The notes under the pieces were generated by a model. It was given only the letters and a program-made list of their open reading frames with translations, was not told the DNA's origin and ran no database searches. Shown here in pieces: positions 38,387-51,311 of a DNA stretch of 64,000 nt. Position 1 is the stretch's first letter, and each line of letters begins with the position of its first letter. This stretch comes from Blastocystis sp. Blastoise (taxonomy: Eukaryota; Protista; Bigyra: Opalinata), in contig JBBPEB010000012.1 in the NCBI GenBank assembly GCA_039096225.1, positions 124,001 through 188,000 of the forward strand. Reading direction: 5' to 3'. A program made the translations under genes and the position numbers.

Positions 38387-40849
38387 TTGCTACTTAGATC
38401 TACATTAATTAAGAATTTGTGGTTTTATTCATTTGTAATTATACAATAAAACTAGAATAATTTGTTTTAGAATTCATATAATTGAAATTTTGAGAAACTT
38501 TTTGAGACCTTATAAGAATTGACTATATATTTCTATATATAGCATATATAATAAAATTAATAGGATTTACTTTTTTCATTTTAAAATACACCAAATACAT
38601 AATTCCTTTTGAATGTAGAATGGTATTTCATTCTTTTTATCTTTATATTTTATAAAATATTTAATAATATGATAATAATAAGCCAATTACTTATTATAGA
38701 AGACTGAAACACTATTTTTTGATGATGATTAAATTGATTAGTTATTAAATAACTATTCTGGATATATATTGTTTTATGTGTTTTGATTTCAGAATATTTC
38801 ATTAGAGTCGAATCACAAGGATTAATTTTTAAAATAAGCTGAATAATCGAAGTATATGAAATATTAAATGAATAGAAATAGATGATAGAAGCTGAATATA
38901 CATGATATATAATAGAAATAAGATTCTTTTAAAAATAAGAATCAGGATTATTACTTGAATTAGAGCAACAATAAATTATTCAAAGAATATATGTTCAAAT
39001 GATACCTTTTATTAAAAGAGTGGGAAAAAAATAGTTTAAAAATACTATTTCAAATCAAAAATAAAAGGAGAATAAAAAGTTCATATTAGACGTAGTAAGA
39101 AAGGAGTTGATAATTTGAATAATGGAAAACATAAAAAGATAAAGCATTTGAAGTTGAATACCATGATTAATTAATTAATAAAAATCTGTATTAAAATAGT
39201 TAAAGAAGAATTACAGCTAATAGAAGATAAATTAAAGAAGTTAATCGGAGTTTAAATTGAAATAATAATAATAAAATAATGGTACTGCCAGCGTAGAAAT
39301 GTAAATTAATATTTAAGAAATAGAATAAGAATATTCAGTAGTGAACAGAAGTAAAAAGAGCTAAATACAATTAGATAAAAAAAGATATTTAAATTAGAAA
39401 AAGAAGAAAGAATTTGTGGATATAAATATATAAATATGAATAAAGAATAAGTAGAGGAGTAGAATCAGAAATCAAATAACAGAAAAGAAAACTGGAATAA
39501 AGACTATGATTAGATTCAGTAGTTCATTATTTATATGCTAAATCGTAGAAGAATGAAAATAATAATATTTTTTGATACAAAAAGCTAAAATAAGAAGAGA
39601 ATATTTGTGAATATAAAAGAATGCTAAAAAAATGTTTTTGACACATAATAGTTTAATAGCAATGAAAAAAAAATAGAACTAAATATATAGTTATATAATA
39701 GATACAGAAACAGGAGTACTAAAAGACAGAGTGGAATGATATGATATCATATAAAAAATTGAGGAACAAGAAGAATAAAAGAAAAAGAACATTAAAAAAA
39801 AGATGCTTTAAAACTATTAAGGTTAAAAAGAGCTAATGTAAACTAGAATGACAATTTTAATTATATGAAAATAAAGAAGAATACTAGTATTAGAAAGAAT
39901 TGCATAAACAAGATGTTAGAATTAAAGATATAGTACAGTATGCAAATAGAAAAAGAAAAAATAATAGTATATCAGTTTAGCATGAATATAGAAAGGAGAA
40001 AGAGTAAAAACATTATAAGTCTTTTACATTGTAAACAGAATTAGTCTGACTAAAATTAGTTTTTAGAAGACTAATACAAATAAAAATAGTAGAAACACCC
40101 ATGAAAACCTTAATATAAAAAAATAGATATATATTTGTAGAAAGAGTAGAATAATAAGAATAGTAGTTTTAATGAGAGAAAGACGAGAATGAATTACAAT
40201 AGTAGAAAGAGTATGAATCTTATTACTAAGATTGACAAGAATATAGACATTAAAAAGTAGGAAGAAGAGTAATTTAGGATGAATAATATAATTAGAGATG
40301 ATAATGTATTATTCATATTAAAAAAACTCCATAAGAATATATTATAAAATTAATTTCCTATAAAAGTATTAATAACAATAGGAAAATATGGAAAATAGAA
40401 AGACTAGCAGATAGTTATAAAGTGTAATGAAATTAACAGAGAGTAATAGAGAGTAGAAGATTTATATGATAGTTATAACTAGTAGAAGAAAAGCTAAACA
40501 GAATAATTATAAGAAAGGTAGTTAGAGGATAATACAATGAAAACTATGAGAAGGAGTAAGAAGAGTAGAAAAAATAGAAAGGCTGAAATAATTGAGAGAG
40601 CAAAAGGAAAGAGGAAGAATAGTAACGAGAAAAAGAATGAATATAAAGTAAGAAGATTAGGAAGATTAATGCCATTATAAGAAGTTGTAAGAATAGACAT
40701 ATAACTAATAGTTGATAAACTAGGAATATTATAAAGACTAAGAGTAACAAAAGTATAAGTAATAGAATTAATAGGAATTTTTTGTTTTTTAGTAGAAGTA
40801 GTGGTTGAATGTGGAATATGAAGAATACGTATAATTAGTAGCACATCTA

Positions 40850-42900
40850 GGTAGTATGTCTAGAAAACATAAAATACATAAAATACATGGAGTACAATAA
40901 TATATATATTATATATATTATATAATACATAATATATATAATATAAAATGTATATATTATTTATTATATAATATAAAACAATTAGTAGTATATAGAATGT
41001 ATAATAGTATGAAGAATAGATATAATATGTATATATAAGAAATAAAGAGAAAATGCTACATTATGTAGAATAAGTAATAGACAAACAATAGAATAGAAGA
41101 AGAAAGTGAAAAGATGATAATAGAAGACTAGAGAGAATCAGTAAAAAAAAAGACTAGCTAGAATTAGTTATTGAGTGTAGAAAAACTACTTCTAGTTATA
41201 GAAACTATAGAAACTAGAATCTGTTGATAAGTACAATTATTAAATAAATACATTTGATATAATATGAAAAATCGTTAGAATAGCTATAATAGGCCGAAAA
41301 AGAAGAATATCAAGTTCAAGTTTATTATTTATAAATAGAAAGATCAAGCATAATAAACATAATAAAAATTATAGGAATGTTAGGAGATTGGAGAACATGT
41401 TGTAAAAATACAGCATACTTATTATATTTAATAAAAAAGACTAAGTGAAAAAGGAACTATAATAGTATAAGAAAGCAAAAATAATATTCAGAATCAACAG
41501 AACATGAGAATATATCTTATTACATAGAATACATATTATTTACAGAATACATAAAAATATATGTAAAGTGTAGTATAAATATAATGAGAGAATAATAAGT
41601 ATTCTAGTGTTATGAGCATAATTAGCAATATTTTGTACAAATAGAATTATTAACATTGTAAAAAGTACGGTTATTATTATAAAGAATATGTATTAAGGTG
41701 GAATATAGAAAATAAATAGAATCGATGATGATAGACAGAATATGTAGAATAGATAGAATAATTGTTATATACATAATATTCAAAATCAGCTGAATAAGAA
41801 CAGTAGATATGATATGTACTATTTGGTAGAACTGATAAAATAAAGAGCAGTAAGCAGAATAAAAAAAATAGAAGTATAGGTAGAATAAGATGAATAAGAA
41901 TGGATAGAATAAAAATTAGCATGAAAAGAGTTTGAATAGAAAGAAATCGAACTATAGAAGAATAATAAATAGTAGAGAGAATTTGACATAAGTTGAATAA
42001 TCAAATTTATAAGTATAAGAAAAATAAGTAATGTTAAAGAGTATAAGTTAATAGTTGATTTTATGAGTAGATTTGTAAAATAGACAAAATACTTGTGGAA
42101 TATGTAGTAGTAATATAGAGTAAGTATATGAGAAAGAATAAAGAGAATTAATAGAATAAGTAATGAAATGAATAGATAGAATAACTAAAATGGGTAGTAT
42201 TTGGTGATATAAATAAGAATAGGTAGAAAGAGTAAAATAGTTCAAAGTATTGGATAGTTAAATGGTTAGAATACGTATAGAAGTTGAATAATTAGAAAAT
42301 GGTACATTAATTAACATTGAAGAATATAATATATAGATAAAATGTTGTATCTTTGAATTAGTAAAATATATAGTAATTTGATGAAAAAATAAATAGTATT
42401 ATAAGTAGAATACGTAAAAAAAGTAGTAGTTCTAATTTCTCTAGAATAAATTATTTTATAGATATAACAGATTTGATAGAATCATATTAAATGTATAAAT
42501 AGGAGAAAAAACATTATTAGAAGAATAGGCAGAATACATACAATATGTAGAAAGAATATAGTAGATTTTAATAGCTTTAATAGATAGAATCGATGGTATA
42601 GATTGAATAAGTGGAATATAATAAAAAAAAAATATGATAAATACATACAATAAAAACAGTAAAGAGTAATAAGTAGAATGAATATAATAGGAATAATAAG
42701 TAGCAATACGTAGAAAGAGCAAAAAGGTAAAACAAATAATAACAGTTAAATAGATGGTATTTCTAATTAGAGGTAAAACACCAATAGATAAGTAGAACAT
42801 ATAACATATATAAAATATATAAAAACAATAGAATAGAGAAATAAATGGAAACAGTAGAAATAAATAGATTGAATAAAGAATAAAATAATAGAATATAAAA
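40850..42900. repeat. Degenerate purine-rich low-complexity tract with recurrent TAGAATA and an apparent ~9-nt period
   Basis: Dense AGAATA/GTAGAA words. Spurious minus-strand ORFs read as I/L/S/Y triplet repeats (ILSIL, YSTYS), as expected from a 9-nt period. Confidence 0.45.
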
Positions 42901-43039
42901 TGTGTAGAATGCGCCAATAAGTAGAAAAGGATAATAGTTTTTAGGAGTAGCTATAGGTAAAATGTGTATAATTCTAAGATTGTATCGGAATAAAATGAAA
43001 TAAAAATGTAATCAATATAATGGATAATTTTGGTTAATA

Positions 43040-43790
43040 GATAAAATAAGTACTATTCAGTAGAATAGGTATTACAAGAAGTATAGACAAAAATTAGTAG
43101 CTGTTATAAAGAAAAAAAAAAGATTTATAAGAAGAGAAGGTAGAATATGCAGATAATATAGAATTTATAGAATTTTGTAGATTATGTAGATAGTTATTAT
43201 AGGTATTATAAACATAATAGATAGACTAATTTTTATAAGAAGAATAGATTTAAAATTTGTTGAAACCAGAATAATTTGTAGTAAGTAAATAGATAGAACA
43301 AGTATTATAAGAAGAATATGTTGAATATCTAGAAAATACAGAATACATACAACGATAAAAGAAAATGAATAATAATTGTTAGTCATACCAAGTGGAATAA
43401 GAAGAACAAAAGTAAATATTATCAGAAATAGAAATTAATAGAGAGGATTTAGAAGAGCAGTTACCATTGTAATAAGAATAGTACTAATAATTTAAGCAGT
43501 AAGAATGATACTATGAATAATTATAATAAAAGACATAAAAATAACATTAATTCTAAAAAGTAAGGTAAAGATAAAATATGGGAAAAGAAGCCTAGTAATA
43601 TAGGAAGAGAATCAACATTAAAAATGTTTTACTTAGAATAGAAGTAGTATAATAAAACGGATAACACTAATAGGAATAATACTATGAAAAAAGATAAGAA
43701 TATATGAGGAAGAATATTTCTGATACAAAACAGAAATAAAAGCAGTTTTACCATCTATATTGGGCTTAACAATAATATGAGAAACCTAAA
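43040..43790 (+). pseudogene. Possible fossil Penelope-like reverse transcriptase fragment
   Basis: Read across stops and frameshifts: KYY..GI (43050-43073), CR/YVD..IIGII (43175-43210), EYVEYLE (~43314-43334), NG* (43656), VLPSILGL (43745). Order and spacing resemble the PLE motifs YxQxxGxxMG, RYVDD, FLD, NGY and LPYxxGL. Highly decayed. Confidence 0.3.
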
Positions 43791-45912
43791 TTAAAAGTAT
43801 AGTAAATAAACATGATAACAAAGAATAATAAAATCATAATAATAAATATGTATATACATTTTAAATAATAGTTTTATATATATCGAAACATAAGTAAACA
43901 ATTATTTTATATATCAGCAAATGAATTAATAGATCAATAAGTATCCATGAAAATGAATGAATCTTTCACACGAAATTTTTTACCTATATTTAAAAAAATT
44001 ATTGAATTAATAAAAATATAAAAAAATGAAATAAGAGATAAATATCAATTAGATAATAATATATACGTAATAATAAAACATGATTAAGAATATAAATATA
44101 AAATATATAAACAGAATCAATTGATTCACTAAGGAATAATATATATATAAATACAACTTATATGAGTATTAAATAGTGTTTAAAGAAAGACGTGAAGAAT
44201 AATAAACACAATATGAATAAAAAAGAAGATGTAAATATAAGAATATACCTTATAACAATATTTTGAGATTATGCTTCAATTACAAGTTTCTGAACCTATT
44301 TGATATTCAAAACAGACGAATTTGAATCTAAATATAAATAAATCAAAATTACGATACAGATGAGTATAACTAACAAGAAAAACATTGAGATAATTGATTA
44401 AGAATATAAATAATAAATGCAATGATCACACTAGATCTTTGTAATAGTGAGAAGCTGTTCACATAAAAAGCTTTTAAAACTGATGACTTTGGATGGATTA
44501 TTTTTAAAACTCTTATAAATAAAATAAAATTTCCGTGAATTAAAAGTCATAAATTCTTCCTTTGTTTTAAAGTATAAATATTGATACTATAAACATTTAA
44601 CAAGTCACAGCATACACTACTAAAGCTATTTTATTGTATCCAAACATTTTAAAGGTGGAATATGAAAATAGAATCATTTTGTCGAAATCACTAATTACTA
44701 GGCAGACTCATTTGTAAATATTTATTTGAAATAAGAACAGACCCTATTTGTATAAAAGGCATAAAATATGTCTATATTACGTGTTTTCTTTGAAAATGGA
44801 AAAGTAATTCTCAAATTTTAAACCCCTATAAAACTTTCCATTAAAACTGTTAGTTGACCATTCGCAACAAGTCATAAAATAAGTGTAGACTCTTTATAAG
44901 CCTCAATAAGCTGTCAAATATAAATAGACTCATTTTATAGTTAAAAAAATATTCCCGTAAATACTTACAGAATTCAAAAATCTGGTCTGACTCTCCGACA
45001 GACAAAATAGGCTCGTCTATTTTTTTCACTGTAAAAAAATAAAAAAATATATTTTTTTGGCTGAATTTTGATATTGACCATTAGAGGTCATATAAATTAT
45101 TTTTATTGATGTTTATGACTATTAAACAACATTTTCTTCAAACATAACGATAAAATATTTTAAAACATTGACCCCCATTTTCTTCAAAATTGTGACTTTA
45201 AAATTTAAAAAAACGGTTTTGATGTCGTATGACCTTCTAAGACAAGAAAATAATGTCAATTTTATTATATAATGTGTCTTATATAGTTTTTAGAGTCTTA
45301 TAAAAATTTTACTGAAAAAAAGTGTCCAAATTTTGTTAAAATTCACGATTTTTGCCTAAGTCGCTGAAGTCAGTCTCTTTTCATTGGTGGAACAAGCTTT
45401 GAACCAAAATCAACCAATTATATGAATTTAAAAATAAAAAAGTGCCTCATAGTGAGTGTTTTTAAAAAAATATTTTATCAAAAGAAAGTCAAATAATTAT
45501 ATGAAATTCGTTAAATAACTGTATTAATGTTCATTTTTTGTGGTTTTTATAATTATTAGAGTATAAATAATATTCATTTATAGAAGCTTTATAGACATGC
45601 TATACATATATAAAACGAATAAAATATATAAAGTATATATATATCCTCATAAAAAATATAAAATCAATATTGACCTAAATTATTTAATATATAGATATAG
45701 AATATATTCATTTTATCCTTTTACATCTAAGGATTCTAGATAAAATCAATTATGAATCACAGTAGCTATAAATATCTTATACACAATATATATATATATA
45801 ACAATAAAAAAAAAACATAAAACAAACAAACAAAAAATAATACACATAAAATAACAACTATAGCTTTTCATACTGAATAGATCACTTTGTTTACAATTAT
45901 TAACCAAGTGAT

Positions 45913-46321
45913 TTACCATAATAAATCAGCATCAAATTCATCACCAAGACTTTCTTCAGTTTTCTTCACTTCATAACGTTTCTTCTTTCTGTCTTCTTCT
46001 TCTTTGATCTTATCTCTGATTTCTTGTAACTTATTCTTACCTTTAGACTTCACATCGGATAATTTTATCTTATCACCAATTTGTGAAACTGCTTTGTATG
46101 CAGCAATTGATTCTATGTTCTTCCCTATTTCTTTTGTGACTTTTTTGTCTGTTATAGAAAAAGCTACAGCTTCTGGCTTCTTTGCAGCAATTACATATTT
46201 TTTAGGAGCATGAACCTTACGTGGTTTCTTTGTTTTCACTAATTTCTCCTTCCCTCCAGTATCCTTACCTCCCTATATTCAATAAAATCAATACAAACTA
46301 TACTAATAATACTTGAGCCAT
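45913..46321 (-). CDS. UPF0390 / C19orf53-like (DUF2462) small basic protein
   Basis: Exon 1 46321..46313 (ATG GCT CAA), intron 46312..46273, then MAQ|GGKDTGGKEKLVKTKKPRK..YVIAAKK...KKVTKEIGKNIESIAAYKA. The MAQG start, IApKK and KxIE motifs are typical of the family. Confidence 0.75.
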
Positions 46322-46472
46322 CGATTATTGGGAAAAAAATAAAATAAATTTTTTATGAGAATTCATGAATAATATTCAGTTTCCTTCGATCAAAACAAAA
46401 ATAAACAAGAATATTTATTTTTTAATAAAACTTTTTATATTCTATTATTATTCTGCTTATACACTGATAGAA

Positions 46473-46598
46473 ATGGCATCTGAGATATATAGCTACTCAT
46501 CCTACGTTGTTGGAATAGTTATATTAGTTATTGGAGTTATTATACCTGTAGGATACATGTATGCTAAAACTTCTTCAAGAATACTAAGAAAAGATTGA
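46473..46598 (+). CDS. Putative 41-aa single-pass membrane microprotein
   Basis: MASEIYSYSSYVVGIVILVIGVIIPVGYMYAKTSSRILRKD* has one hydrophobic helix and a basic tail. It is GC-richer than its flanks and lies head-to-head with UPF0390. Confidence 0.55.
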   Translation: MASEIYSYSSYVVGIVILVIGVIIPVGYMYAKTSSRILRKD

Positions 46599-46815
46599 GT
46601 TTCTTATATGAATTCTATTTAATTTTGCTTGTATTTTCTTATTTTTCACTTTTTATATTGTTTCAATGGTTTTATTTAAATGTAATATATGTTTTTGTGA
46701 ATATATCTTTTCTAATAACTATAACAAAAGTATGATTTTGAACAATTAATCAACAATAACAAAAAACAGAGAACAATGAAATTCAAACATATATAGAATA
46801 CTGTGATTATTTATT

Positions 46816-47133
46816 TTAATTATCATGAATGATACTATCCCAAATTTCATTCAATTTATTAGAATAACGAGGAACAATCCATGATAAAATGTCAATTTTC
46901 AAGAAATTTGAAGAACTCTTCCATTTTAATAGTAATTGCTTTTTATTATTAATTTTATTAGACATTAACATTTGAATAAGGATCAGTACTTTTTTAGAAG
47001 TAGAATTATCAATAATAATCTTAGGATTATTTATATAATAAGGTAGTAATGATTTAAAAGGTTCAATAATAGAATCAGTTAATAATAAATATGCAAACCA
47101 TTTATAATAATCTTGACCTTCAGGATATTCAAT
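46816..47133 (-). pseudogene. Isolated terminal exon resembling the C-terminus of DEAH helicase DHX37/Dhr1
   Basis: TAG acceptor ending at 47134, then 105 open codons: IEYPEGQDYYKWFAYLLL...LLLKWKSSSNFLKIDILSWI...LNEIW*. This matches the remembered DHX37 C-terminal pattern (FPEG.DRYK.FA.FLL...L..AWK.NP.YL...WL...W). No helicase core exons are seen upstream. Confidence 0.6.
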
Positions 47134-47250
47134 CTATAAGATATATATATTTTATAAATTCATAATAAGATATATATATATAGTGTTATAATTAATTTCA
47201 TATTCATAATAGTTTCTTATATATATATATGTAATCAGTGATTCTTATAG

Positions 47251-47484
47251 GATAAAGTGAGAATTTTAATTACGAATGGTTCATTCCCAGATTTAAAAGA
47301 ATTATTAATTGAATCTCTTAGTATATATTATATACATATTCAATGAATACATTAATACTAGTAATTTTTTTTATTTATATATAGTTGCATATATTCACTC
47401 TAATATCTGTCAATTGATTGAACAATATAAACAAATATAAAATCCATATTTAAAAATACTTGCATTTGATGAAGACAATTCTAA
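47251..47484 (+). pseudogene. Two-exon decayed gene fragment (LRR-like FPxLxxLxI motif)
   Basis: Exons 47251-47320 (DKVRILITNGSFPDLKELLIESL) and 47385-47484 splice in frame, with an internal TAA. Confidence 0.35.
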
Positions 47485-49408
47485 GTAATCTTATTTGTAT
47501 TCTATATATATTTATTAGTTTTTTATATTCATTGTATATCATTTTCATTTTTTCAATAATAAATATGATTTCATTTTTAAAAGAATTTGTTTTCAGAATA
47601 TGATATTAGTGTATCGTTTAATGTATAATAACAAAATATTTTGATGAAAAGTAAATTAAAATAATAATTTTTTATTTTTTTAATATTTATTTTGAAGCAA
47701 AGAAGAATAAAATCTTATGATATAGGGAATGATGGATTAATAAAGATCTTCTAAATACACATATAATAACATAATTATCTTTGATATTAACTCGCAAGTC
47801 ATAAAATCTCATTATATCGTGATATTATACCATAATATATATATATATATATATTTTCAATGAAAATGTATGCTTTTTATGTATTTCTATATACATGATG
47901 AAAAATAAATATCTGGTATATCGATAGAGAACTGTTAATTGAATATAGAATAGTTTTTCAAGTAAAGTAAAACAAAATAAAAACAATATATTTTCACTTT
48001 TTTTAGAGTTTCTATTGAACCAATTTTTTTTTAATGAACATTTACTATTGATGTATATATAACTTAATATATAAATCAAATTATACTATATATATCATGA
48101 AAGACAATATTAGCATGAAAAGTATGAAAACAAATGTAATAATGAAGGTAAAATACATATATATATTTAAAAAACTATTTTTTCTTTAAATAAATTCATT
48201 ATATAGTATTAATAATGATATAATCAGTTACATTAATAACTAATAAATTGATGAATAAAATGGTTTTAATTCAATATATCCCTTCATTGAATTGTCAAAA
48301 GATAAAAACAGTATGAACAATACCAGAATAATTGATTCACTGGGATATCATTAGTTATATATATGTAAAACAAATAATAAAGTTTATTAATAATCATATT
48401 TACATTTAAATGACTTTTGAATCATATAGTTTTTTAGAATAAATATTCTTATTAACTAAATTAAGTAGAATTCTTTATTAGTATGTATTACTTATAAGAA
48501 TATTTATAAGATTATATTGTTCAAATATATCAAATACCTATTTGATTTCTTCATCATGTATAGTATATCTAGCATATTCTAAAATGAATAGAGTTTCTAC
48601 TACAGACCTCATTCTTTTATTTTAATATTTCTACAGATATATAAAGATTTTAATAGCTACAAAAAAACTAATAATTATCATGTTATTAATATATATTAAG
48701 ATAATGGAATCATGACTATTTTAGGAGAGGATGTTATCATTTATATAATCATATCGTAATATACTTACTCTACACAGAAAGTCAAATAGTCTTATATAAA
48801 ATCAACCAATAAATAGTCAATGAATAAAAATTTAAAAATACATAAATAATGAATGAAGTTTAAAGCTTCATAGCAAGTAAAAGAATATTGATAGTATATA
48901 CATCTAAAATTCCATTATATATAATGATTTCTTTTCAAATTGAAGCATACATAATAAAGTATTCAATTCTCTATAGTTTCTCTTTGTTCTTATATAATTC
49001 TATGTACCTGATTTTGTTTTAATCTTTGAAGCCGAAAAATAAAAATGTTTTTCAAATTAGCAGAAGATACTAGCACAAATCTTTCTTGTGATTATCTAGA
49101 TTCATCAAATAGGCATAAAGAGCATGATTCTATACTTAAACAGAGGTTAAATTAAATACTAATATACATGAATTCAAAAAATATCTCACTTCTAAAAGAA
49201 ATATACATTTTATAGGACATAGAGAACTCAGATTTATACATTATCACATTCATCTGCCATTAGTAATTGAATAAAACAACAAAAACAAATCGAATTCGAT
49301 TTCTGAAACGGGTTTAAAAAACTTTCAGTTTGGTTGTGTTTCTTTTCTAATTTTTGTCGACACATACGTATTTCTCCTTAGATAATAATAGAAGAGACTA
49401 GAATAATA

Positions 49409-50408
49409 ATGTTTCAATCAAATAAGGTTGTGGATGATACAGTTCCGTTAGTAGAAAAGCCTCAAGATACAAGAATTACATGTGATGAGTTGATGCAAGG
49501 TGACTGTGTAGTTTCTGGTGATCTTGAAAAGATGGGCTATTATTGGAATATGAGTTGTCTTCCTCAATGGAAGCCACGATTCTGTGTTGTGAAAGGTGGA
49601 TATTTATGGAAATATCCTCATAGACATGTATATATTGCATCTATATTGTATTGTTCAATTATTGTTTCATTTTTATAGGGAACTGGATTCAAAGGGTATT
49701 TTCATCATCATATTTTTTATATAATTATACTTCTCTCATTATATAGTTGTCCAATTCCTTTAGAACATGTTCAATATGAAATTGTAGATTCCGTTCCTGA
49801 ACGAAATGTTTTAAAAGTATTTTTTTTATTTTCAATAAGATAAATATATATATGTTTTTCTTCTTAGATATATATATGTTTTTCTTCTTAGATATATATA
49901 TGTTTTTCTTCTTAGATATATATATGTTTTTCTTCTTAGATATATATGTTTTTTTCTTCTTAGATATATACATTATCAAAAGAATGGTATTTCAGATTTT
50001 CCAATGAACATGATTTAAATCATTGGATAGATTGTATGAAGAAGTATATTTATTATTATTATTATATATATAGAATTTATTTATTATTATATATAAAGTT
50101 TGTTTATTATTATATATAAAGTTTGTTTATTATTTTATTATATATAGAGTATGTTTATACATATATATAGAGAACGAGAAATGATGATTAAAGTGAGAAT
50201 GGGTCATCTTCACGTAGATTCTATTACTGAAAAGGCTATGAATGTATATATATTATAATATATAAATATTATTATATATTATTATCTAAATAATATCTTG
50301 TTTCTATTTTATTATTCTATATAGATAGGAGATAGAGAATATGAAAAACGATTAGAACACATGAAGAAACAAGAACCAGATGTCTCTCAAGTACCTCAAC
50401 TCTTCTAA
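49409..50408 (+). CDS. Small PH-domain protein (6 exons)
   Basis: Spliced: SGDLEKMG...QWKPRFCVVKGGYLWKY..|GTGFKG|CPIPLE..VLK|IYTLSKEWYFRFSNEHDLNHWIDCM...; stop TAA at 50406-50408. Confidence 0.85.
49844..49963 (+). repeat. 5 x 24-bp tandem repeat ATATATATATGTTTTTCTTCTTAG duplicating a 3' splice site
   Basis: Units end in TAG at 49867, 49891, 49915, 49939 and 49963. Confidence 0.9.
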
Positions 50409-51311
50409 TTCTTATCTGATTTATAAATAAATAAAGAATTCAATATATATATATTATATCATTTATGACTCAAAACTTTTTCAATATTATTTATTATTCA
50501 AATTCTTATGCACTATAATATATGTTTTATCTCTGTAGTTGACCTTTGTTTTTCATATATTCTGTACTATGTGAAGTATATTTTGTTTTGTTCTTATGAA
50601 TGGTAATAGAAGATTCTATTATTTGTCATGTAGTTTCTTCATGTTATTTTCACTTATATATATATATTTTTTAAATTAATAATAAAATTTATTACACTTT
50701 GAAATGAATAATATTTATAACTTATTTATAGGCATTCATTTTGAAATATATTCTTTATAGAGTCAGTGTAAGTATCGCATTTGCATTATCTTTTATTTGA
50801 GTATGAATAACTCACAAAATATATTATTTGTAAACCCTTTATATTTAAATAATCAACAAAAATGCACGTAAATAGAAGATTTTACAAAACTTTTTCATTT
50901 CATAGAATCAGATCGTTGTCTTCTATCAGCTGCTATATTTGAAAAACTCTTCTTTATTATTCTAAGTTATCATATAAGTATAAATATGACGTTCTTCAAA
51001 TCATTTGACAATTAAAGTCAATACAATTGACTAATTTTATAATAAATCCTATCTGGCAGCTTTCATATTACAATATTCATAATAAGTGAGCAATAATACT
51101 TGTATATAAAAACAATTTTGAATGTCAAAATATTTGGATAAAAGAAATGATCATTGAGTTGAACAGAGAAAGTACACTGAAAGTTAAAATTGATTTTTAT
51201 AATCATTTTATAAAATATGTTCAGTTGGGAATGTAAAAATAACATAATTCTAAAACTAAAGAAATTCTTTTCGTTTTCTAAATTTCGATTTTCTATTAAA
51301 TTACTTTTGAA

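Larger units (their letters stand above)
32418..45454 (+). mobile_element. CACTA (EnSpm/CMC) DNA transposon B, 13,037 bp, encoding a transposase and a divergent accessory ORF
   Basis: Perfect 12-bp TIR CACTATGAGGCA (32418-32429) / TGCCTCATAGTG (45443-45454). 3-bp TSD AGT at 32415-32417 and 45455-45457. It contains an EnSpm-type transposase gene. Confidence 0.93.

Noticed and set aside
40494-43386. Minus-strand I/L/F/Y/S-rich ORFs as membrane proteins
   Set aside because: They are a by-product of strand skew and low complexity; they overlap in several frames and show no family motifs.
24474-45454. One 21-kb element (Polinton/Maverick-like) with ~600-bp TIRs
   Set aside because: The outer repeats are clearly diverged and their flanks differ (ATT vs AGT). 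Each outer end has a perfect internal partner with a matching TSD. No polB, integrase or capsid ORFs are present.
49725-49979. ORF with ISKKKNIY repeats, or a CRISPR-like array
   Set aside because: It is the antisense translation of the 24-bp intronic tandem repeat. There are no spacers and the context is eukaryotic.
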